This document shows, piece by piece, positions 57,848 to 64,000 of a DNA stretch of 64,000 bases. The stretch covers positions 85,152 through 149,151 of the forward strand of contig JAZDCY010000011.1 of assembly GCA_036679645.1 (NCBI GenBank), read 5' to 3'. This stretch comes from Gemmatimonadota bacterium. GTDB taxonomy: Bacteria; Gemmatimonadota; Gemmatimonadetes; Gemmatimonadales; GWC2-71-9. The notes under the pieces were generated by a model that saw only the letters and a list, made by a program, of their open reading frames with translations, did no database searches and was not told the origin of the DNA. Each line of letters opens with the position of its first letter. Position 1 is the first letter of the stretch. A program made the position numbers and the translations under genes.

Positions 57848-59325
57848 CGTGTGGGCGGACGCCAGGCTCTGAGTGAGGGAAGCGAGTCGTCGGACTCCCG
57901 AGCAGGATGGGGTTCGTCCGCGCGCCGCGTGCGCGGGAGCAGGTGGCGAATCGAGTTCGCATAGTATTCGAGCAGCGGACGCTGTGACGGGAGTACGATA
58001 TAGGTATTGCCCTCCCGTACCACGAGACGTCGCATGCGAAACGTACGCCAGGCACGATCCAAGACGGCCTCGGCATCGCGTTCCGCATGGACCAATTTCG
58101 CGCTTCGTCCGTGCAAATGATCGCGGTAGTCGGTCAGGCGCTGGAGGACGTTCACACGCGAGATCGCCGTCTCGCCAAATGACAGCAGCGCCGCCGCGGC
58201 GAGGGGAACGGCGGTGACAGGGATGACCTCACCGACCCGTTGGAGCATACCGTCGGCCAGTTCCTGAATCTGCGGGAGCCGTTGCTCCTTGGGCAGGTCG
58301 AGCACGCCCGGCCGCTCCTCGAACCACTCCCGCAGCGAGACGGGTGTACCGAAGTTGATTGCCACGCGGCCGTAGCGTTTCAGGTTGCCGGTGAGCAGCC
58401 GCATGATATTGCGACCCAAATACAGCATCACCCCGCCCAGCTGTGCAACGCGGCCCCGCCGGTCGCGCTCATCGATCAACTCACGAATGAGCGATCGGTC
58501 TTCGAGCACCCGATCGTAGTTCAGACCCACCGGGAGGAGCCAGATGTCGCGGTCGAAAGATTCGTCGCGCAACGTGCGCGCGATGTAATCGAGCAAACCG
58601 ACCTTCGCGGGTCGCAGCGCGCCGTCACGACTCAGGCCCCCTTCGAGGAAGATGCCCTGTGTCACGCCGTTCCTGGTGATCAATTGGACGTACCGTTCGA
58701 GAACCGTGTGATAGAGCGGTTCGCGAAAGCGGCGCCGGATGAAGTACGAACCGAAGGACTTGAAGATGTACTCGAGCGGCCAGGTGCGGGCCCATTCTCC
58801 GACGGCGTAGCTGATGCTGACGCCCTTGGCCAGGATATAAGCCACCACAACGTAGTCGGCGTTCGACCGGTGGTTCATGAGGTACACGACCACATCTCGT
58901 TTGGGGATGGCGTTGAGCGCTTCGTGATCCTGATACGTCGAGCTGACGCGATAGAACAGGTTGATCGTCAGCCGGGCGACGTTGTATCCGAGCTTGTAGT
59001 AGGACAGCACGTTGAAGAACGGCACGATTTCGTGGATGTAGCGCTCGATCCGCGCGCGCACGTCGGTCTCGGTCGCACCGGTCTCTTGACAATATGCGCG
59101 CATCGCGTCGTGGACCCGAGCGTCGAGCATGAGCTCGTCGCGAATGGTGCGCCGGGTTACGAGCTTGTAGCGCTCGAGGCGAACCTCGAATTGTCGCACG
59201 GCCCGCAGCACCGCGCGCCGGACCCGGCGTTGGATTGCGCGGCGGGTTCGGCGGATGAGCCAGAGGGTGAGCCCCGCGGCCAGCAGCGCGGCGGCGGCGA
59301 GGAGCAGCCAATCGAGCGCAGTCAC
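57844..59325 (-). CDS. Glycerol-3-phosphate acyltransferase (PlsB-like)
   Basis: NHRSNADY, FIRR, FLEGGLSRDG, YDRVLED. Confidence 0.85.
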   Translation of the reverse strand: MTALDWLLLAAAALLAAGLTLWLIRRTRRAIQRRVRRAVLRAVRQFEVRLERYKLVTRRTIRDELMLDARVHDAMRAYCQETGATETDVRARIERYIHEIVPFFNVLSYYKLGYNVARLTINLFYRVSSTYQDHEALNAIPKRDVVVYLMNHRSNADYVVVAYILAKGVSISYAVGEWARTWPLEYIFKSFGSYFIRRRFREPLYHTVLERYVQLITRNGVTQGIFLEGGLSRDGALRPAKVGLLDYIARTLRDESFDRDIWLLPVGLNYDRVLEDRSLIRELIDERDRRGRVAQLGGVMLYLGRNIMRLLTGNLKRYGRVAINFGTPVSLREWFEERPGVLDLPKEQRLPQIQELADGMLQRVGEVIPVTAVPLAAAALLSFGETAISRVNVLQRLTDYRDHLHGRSAKLVHAERDAEAVLDRAWRTFRMRRLVVREGNTYIVLPSQRPLLEYYANSIRHLLPRTRRADEPHPARESDDSLPSLRAWRPPTR

Positions 59326-59326
59326 G

Positions 59327-60352
59327 CTAGACGGTCTCGGGCAGGGTCCCGGTCTTTTCGTAGGTGTAAGCCATCTGCTTCAAACGCGCGATGCGTACGG
59401 CCATGGGGGGGTGGGTCGCGAGCAGGTTGGCGACGACCCCCTGTCGGTGCGTGAGTCGTCGGCCGAGGGGATCGGCGATGCAGAGGTGTGCGGTGCCGCG
59501 TTTGATGGACTTGGTGGCGGCAGCGGCGTGCTCGATCCGTTCCAGGGCCGTGGCCAGGGCCGAGGGATTGCGAGTGAACTGGGCGGCGGTGGCGTCGGCG
59601 AGGTATTCGCGCTTGCGGCTCACCGCCAGGGCCAGCACGCGCGAGACGAGCGGAGCGAGCAGAACGGAGATGAGCCAGACGACGAGCAGTACGACGACGA
59701 GACCGCCGCCCTTCTTCGACCCGCCACGCGAGCTGCCTCGCTTACCGACGCGGCCTCCGTACCTGATGAACCGCCACGTGCCGTCGGAGATGAGCGCAAG
59801 CACGCCGACGAGTGCCGCGAGCAGGGTCATCAGCTTCACGTCATGGTTCTTGATGTGCGCCATCTCGTGGGCGACGACAGCCTGCAGCTCGTCCCGTGAG
59901 AGGGTGGACAGGAGTCCCTCCGTGACCGCGACGTGTGCGTGGTGCTCATCCGTGCCTGTTGCGAACGCATTCGGATCGGGGTCCTTCACGATCCAGATCG
60001 ACGGCCTGGGAACACCGGACGCAATCGACATCTCCTCGACAACGTTCTTGAATTGCTTCTCCTCGAGGCTCTTCGCCTCGATCAGTTCCCACGCACCGGT
60101 TGCCCACAGGATCTGCTTTGGCCCGCGGCGCCAGCTGAACCATGCCATGCCGATGGCGAGGAGCGAACTCGCCATTCCGACGAAGGGGATGCGGTGCACG
60201 TATGCCCCGGGCCGCGTGGATTGTGTTTGCAGGTAGAGAATCAGGTCGGCGCCGAACCCGATCCAGGCAAAGAAGAGGATGAATACAGCGACGAGCAGCG
60301 CCGATCGCCTGCGGTTGGCACGTTGCTGCGCAAAAAGGTTGGTGTCGCTCAC
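59327..60352 (-). CDS. htpX: M48 zinc metalloprotease (HtpX-like)
   Basis: PNAFATG, AHEMAH, SRKREYLAD, THPP. Confidence 0.9.
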   Translation of the reverse strand: MSDTNLFAQQRANRRRSALLVAVFILFFAWIGFGADLILYLQTQSTRPGAYVHRIPFVGMASSLLAIGMAWFSWRRGPKQILWATGAWELIEAKSLEEKQFKNVVEEMSIASGVPRPSIWIVKDPDPNAFATGTDEHHAHVAVTEGLLSTLSRDELQAVVAHEMAHIKNHDVKLMTLLAALVGVLALISDGTWRFIRYGGRVGKRGSSRGGSKKGGGLVVVLLVVWLISVLLAPLVSRVLALAVSRKREYLADATAAQFTRNPSALATALERIEHAAAATKSIKRGTAHLCIADPLGRRLTHRQGVVANLLATHPPMAVRIARLKQMAYTYEKTGTLPETV

Positions 60353-60939
60353 GCCTTCGGGTTCATGGAGAGATCGACCTCGGGCACGTCACGGTCGCCG
60401 CGATCCTCGATCTCCCACAACTCGACGGTCTCCGCCCGCGCCAGTCCCGCGACCAGGTTCCACGGTACCTGTTGTTGCTTGATGTTGTAGCTCGTTGCCG
60501 TGTCGTTGTAGAGCTGACGAGCAAATGCCACACGGTTTTCCGTCGAGGTCAGCTCTTCCTGGAGCTGGGCGACGTTGCTCGTGGCCTTGAGGTCGGGGTA
60601 TCGCTCGACTACCACGTTCAGGCGTGAGAGGGCCGAACTCAGCGTGGCTTCCGCCTGCGCGAGCGCCTGGACGCCGCCAGTGGGCAGCGCGTCTGCTTGA
60701 ATCTTGACCGCCTGGTTCCGGGCCTGGATGACAGCTTCGAGCGTGTCATGCTCGAACTCCATTGCCCCCTTCACCGCGTTGACCAGGTTGGGAATCAGGT
60801 CATGGCGTCGCTTGAGCTGGACGTCGATCTGCTTCCAGGCATTGACGGTCTGTCCCTTGAGCGCGACGAGCGTGTTGTAGGCGGAAATGGCCCAAAGGGC
60901 TACCGCGACAAGGAGAATCAGAAAAATCCACGAGACCAT
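60349..60939 (-). CDS. lemA: LemA family protein
   Basis: IDVQLKRRHDLIPNLV, ERYPDLKA, TENRVAFARQLYN. Confidence 0.95.
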   Translation of the reverse strand: MVSWIFLILLVAVALWAISAYNTLVALKGQTVNAWKQIDVQLKRRHDLIPNLVNAVKGAMEFEHDTLEAVIQARNQAVKIQADALPTGGVQALAQAEATLSSALSRLNVVVERYPDLKATSNVAQLQEELTSTENRVAFARQLYNDTATSYNIKQQQVPWNLVAGLARAETVELWEIEDRGDRDVPEVDLSMNPKA

Positions 60940-60972
60940 ATGGCCGCTCCGGTTCCCGGAAGAAAGGGTCGG

Positions 60973-61593
60973 TCAGCGAGCCTCTGCAGCACGGGCTGCG
61001 AGGCGAGCTAGAGCCGTTCTGACGCCATCGACGATCTCGGCCGACCGGTCGGGGCCATCGGCCAGCGGGTGGTCGAGGCTCAGATGCAGCTCGGCGCCAG
61101 GGCCAACGGGGATGCGGCGCCATGCGTTAGACGGTGCTGCCGGCAACTCCCCCTCCCGCTCGGAGGTGACGCGCATCCGTGCCTGGAATGCGCGCCCGGC
61201 ACCGCCAACCCGCCACTGTCTACCCTGCGCGGGCCCCGGTCCGAGCGCCGCGGCGACCCGTCGCTCGATGACGTCGCCCGTCATCTCGCTCAATTCCCGT
61301 GCAATGAGGTCGAGCGTGGCGCCCTCCATCTGCCGCAGCTTCACCGCCAGAACTTGCAGGAGGTGGCGATACGAATACGTGGCCGCCGGCCCACGCCCGT
61401 CGGGCGGCGCGATCAGCCCCCGTGAGACGTAAAACCGTACCGTGCGCTCGCTGGGTGCATCGGACGCAGCCGCGTTGACTGGACGCACACCGGCGTGCTC
61501 GAGAATGGCCGCCGCGGTCGCGACGAGATCGCGCAGATTCCACGGGGCGTCCTGTCTGAGATCCCGGAGCGCGCCGAGAGCGTCTGGCGTCAC
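60973..61593 (-). CDS. MerR-like HTH protein
   Basis: ERTVRFYVSRGLIAPP...YSYRHL; W.R..VGPGAELH; GTG 61593 overlaps upstream stop. Confidence 0.8.
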   Translation of the reverse strand: MTPDALGALRDLRQDAPWNLRDLVATAAAILEHAGVRPVNAAASDAPSERTVRFYVSRGLIAPPDGRGPAATYSYRHLLQVLAVKLRQMEGATLDLIARELSEMTGDVIERRVAAALGPGPAQGRQWRVGGAGRAFQARMRVTSEREGELPAAPSNAWRRIPVGPGAELHLSLDHPLADGPDRSAEIVDGVRTALARLAARAAEAR

Positions 61594-61991
61594 GCGTGTT
61601 CGTCGCGCGCGTCGGGCGTGCGCCACTGGGCCAGCCGCGCGATGATGTGGCGCATGTCGTCGAGCCGGAACGGCTTGGTCAGCACGGGGAGATCGTGCAG
61701 CGCGAGCCAGTCCTTGTACTCGTTCGAATCCGGATCGCCCGCCATGACCACGACGCGCTGCGCCAGGTCCGGCCACTGTGAGCGGATGAGCTGGTACAGG
61801 GTGCGTCCGGACATTTTGGGCATCCGCAGATCCATCAGTACAACGTCCACGTCCGTGTCGCGGAGGATGTCGCTGGCCTCAACACCGTTGGCGGCCGTGA
61901 GGACCTCATAGCCGTCGTGCTCGAGCGCGCGCTGCAACGTCCGCCGCATGGACGCGAGATCGTCGACGACGAGTATACGGAGGCCGGTCAT
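61590..61991 (-). CDS. Single-domain response regulator
   Basis: ILVVDD, MDLRMP, KPF. Confidence 0.9.
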   Translation of the reverse strand: MTGLRILVVDDLASMRRTLQRALEHDGYEVLTAANGVEASDILRDTDVDVVLMDLRMPKMSGRTLYQLIRSQWPDLAQRVVVMAGDPDSNEYKDWLALHDLPVLTKPFRLDDMRHIIARLAQWRTPDARDEHA

Positions 61992-62785
61992 GAGACGTCC
62001 TCCAAGGGCACCGCCGGAGGGAAATACCGCGCTCGCACCAGTGCCAGTGCTTCATCGGGCGTGAGACGCACCCGCAACTCGCCCGGCGTCATGCCGAACA
62101 CCTCTTTCATGGCGAGTGTGAGGGTCTTGGTCTGTGAGTAGCTCAACTTGGCGGCCACGTCATCGACCGTATACCCCGGATCCTGCAGGAGCCTGTGCGC
62201 GTGGACCGCGCGGACCACCATCAGCGTGACTTTGGGGGGTGGCAGTAGCGAGCGAGCGAACCACCGCAGACAGGTCCGACGATCCATACGTGCCCGCTCT
62301 GCGAGCTGCTGCACCGACTGCACCGATGCGGGCTCCCGTACCATTGTCTCGATTGCCCACCGCAACTCGCTGGGGCACCCAGCGAGCATGTCGGCGAGAC
62401 TCCCAATGAGCTGAGCGGTCACGGCACGCGAACTCTCGTTGACGAGGACCTCACTCAGTCGTTTTGGATGATCGTCGTGCCCTGCGATTACGACCTGCTG
62501 GACGCCGCTCCCGCCGAGCCGCAGGAGCACTGGTGCCACGGTGGGGGTCAGGCTCGTGTAGAGCACCGTTGGGAGAGAGGGAAAGAGCATGCCGAGCCGC
62601 TCGATCTCGTGGTGAGTCGGCTCTCCCTCCAGCGCCGGGTCCAGCACCGCGATCTCGACGGGCCGGCGCAGAATGGCCTGGAGGGCACGATCCCACGTAC
62701 TCGCCGCCTCGAACTCGAAGCGGCGGCCGGCCGCCTGGTGGAGCCTGGCGGTCAGCTTGCCCCGCACAGCCGCCAGGATCAGCAC
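61988..62785 (-). CDS. AraC-like double-HTH regulator with degenerate receiver-like N-terminus
   Basis: SVQQLAERARMDRRTCLRWF; AHRLLQDPGYTVDDVAAKLSYS...FGMTP. Confidence 0.8.
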   Translation of the reverse strand: MLILAAVRGKLTARLHQAAGRRFEFEAASTWDRALQAILRRPVEIAVLDPALEGEPTHHEIERLGMLFPSLPTVLYTSLTPTVAPVLLRLGGSGVQQVVIAGHDDHPKRLSEVLVNESSRAVTAQLIGSLADMLAGCPSELRWAIETMVREPASVQSVQQLAERARMDRRTCLRWFARSLLPPPKVTLMVVRAVHAHRLLQDPGYTVDDVAAKLSYSQTKTLTLAMKEVFGMTPGELRVRLTPDEALALVRARYFPPAVPLEDVS

Positions 62786-62787
62786 AA

Positions 62788-62824
62788 ATGTCCCAGAATC
62801 GCCTGTCGATGTCCCAAAATCACC
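62788..62824. promoter_or_regulatory. 16-bp direct repeat at 21-bp spacing (AraC-type operator candidate)
   Basis: ATGTCCCAGAATCGCC (62788) and ATGTCCCAAAATCACC (62809). Confidence 0.65.
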
Positions 62825-62965
62825 CTAACGCGGGCGGCTACCCAGCGCGCATCGTTCCTCGCTGCGTTTGTCCTCTCGCTGGCCATCGGTGCCACAGCCT
62901 GCGGGGACGTGACAGCCCCCCAGGGCGCGTGCACGCAGGGTCAGAGTTCCGACTGCCCTGGATAG
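62819..62965 (+). CDS. Putative small secreted/lipo-peptide, start codon unresolved
   Basis: ...QRASFLAAFVLSLAIGATA-CGDVTAPQGACTQGQSSDCPG*; no in-frame ATG/GTG/TTG nearby. Confidence 0.45.
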   Translation: MTLTRAATQRASFLAAFVLSLAIGATACGDVTAPQGACTQGQSSDCPG

Positions 62966-62967
62966 CC

Positions 62968-64000
62968 TCAGCTGACACCGGCCCGCAGGGCCTGGAGGAA
63001 GTCTGCCACGCGATCCACCTCCAGGTCCTGACCGTCTGGCGCCGCGCGCGCTGGACTCCCGGCTTCCCACCGGTTTCCGCTCCGCAACAGGCGAAGGGCC
63101 TCCTCTGCCTGGAAGAGGTACGTGCTCGCTCCGTGTTCCTCCGCCCGCGCAATCGCGGCGCGCAGTAGTTCTTTAGCCCGTTCCGGGTGATCGAATACCT
63201 CAAACCCGGCCGCGAGTTTGAGATCGAAATCGATGCGTGCGTCGGGGTTCATGTTGGGCTCGAGCGTACGCAGCCGCTGGCGATAGCGCTCGAAGCTCAC
63301 CCGGTTACTCGTGAGTGCCGCGACGTGAAGCAGCTCGAGGAGCGTGTTGACGCGAATCTCGGAAGTGACTGCCTCGCCGGCGAGCACGATGTTCAGGGCA
63401 TCGTCGGCCGCGGCGTAATGGCCCAGCATCTTGAAGGCCATGCCCAAGTCACTCAGCGCACGGACCCTCTGTTGCGGGCGCTCGTACAGCTCGTAGGCTA
63501 GATGGACCTCGCGCACGGCTTGGCCCGGTTGCTCCAACAGCATGAGCACGTTTGCCATGTCGTGGTGCGCGCGCGCCTCGGCCTCGAGATCTCCTGACAG
63601 CTGTGCGTCGCAAATCACTTCATAGAGCAGTCTCCGCGACTCTGGTAGGTCGCCCATCTTGTAAAGCACGATGGCGCGCCCGATGCGGGCTGAGAGGACG
63701 CTGTGCCCGTCGCCCAACCGCCCAGCCATCTCGGCCGAATCCTTGAAGGCGTCGAGGGACTCATGGTAGCGGCTCAGCTTTCGCAGGACCCGTCCCTGCT
63801 GGTAGCGTGCCGCCGTTTCCTCATCGCTGTCCTCGAGACGACTCGTTCGGAGCACCGTCTCCAGCACGTCGAGGGCTTCGAGGTTACGCAGTTCCTGCTC
63901 GAGCCAGTACGCGTAGGCCAGCACCGGCGCCCACACGAGCCGCACGTTCCCCGAGCCAGCCGTGACCCCTCCCACCCGCATGATCTCGAGCAGGTGGTTG
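62968..64000 (-). CDS. TPR-repeat protein, N-terminus beyond window
   Basis: Helical repeats (RYQQGRVLRKLSRYHESL; RALSDLGMAFKMLGHY); frame open to window edge. Confidence 0.8.
   Translation of the reverse strand, partial: NHLLEIMRVGGVTAGSGNVRLVWAPVLAYAYWLEQELRNLEALDVLETVLRTSRLEDSDEETAARYQQGRVLRKLSRYHESLDAFKDSAEMAGRLGDGHSVLSARIGRAIVLYKMGDLPESRRLLYEVICDAQLSGDLEAEARAHHDMANVLMLLEQPGQAVREVHLAYELYERPQQRVRALSDLGMAFKMLGHYAAADDALNIVLAGEAVTSEIRVNTLLELLHVAALTSNRVSFERYRQRLRTLEPNMNPDARIDFDLKLAAGFEVFDHPERAKELLRAAIARAEEHGASTYLFQAEEALRLLRSGNRWEAGSPARAAPDGQDLEVDRVADFLQALRAGVS

Overview
GC-rich bacterial chromosomal window. The lineage is probably Gemmatimonadota, inferred from the 'ALADRYRIERELGAGGMATVYLAED' kinase family and gene content; this was not checked by search. 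(1) 1-11.1 kb: minus-strand housekeeping run (queD, cystathionine beta-synthase, TonB C-terminal protein, mutS, SPOR protein, holA, ECF sigma/anti-sigma, Nudix, upp, short protoporphyrinogen-oxidase-like gene). (2) tRNA-Phe followed by a ~15 kb accessory zone: DUF1611/racemase operon behind an RBS-sequestering leader, mobile-element debris, two intact Ser/Thr kinases interleaved with four kinase N-terminal stubs sharing two repeated leader elements, two TA modules, and a GntR/ABC cassette. (3) 28.7-42 kb: redox/envelope region with a Cyc2-like cytochrome-porin, two cupredoxins, a sigma54 promoter with enhancer repeats, two two-component systems, a TonB receptor and a second monoheme porin. (4) 42-64 kb: mixed genes, including a candidate ~380-nt structured noncoding RNA (56400-56781) with promoter, end-to-end closing stem and terminator, and an AraC-like regulator / small Cys lipopeptide / TPR protein trio resembling a peptide-signalling module. 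Best leads: the ncRNA, the kinase-stub array, the peptide/TPR/AraC module and the Cyc2-cupredoxin cluster. All calls come from reading motifs by eye; no database search or folding program was run.
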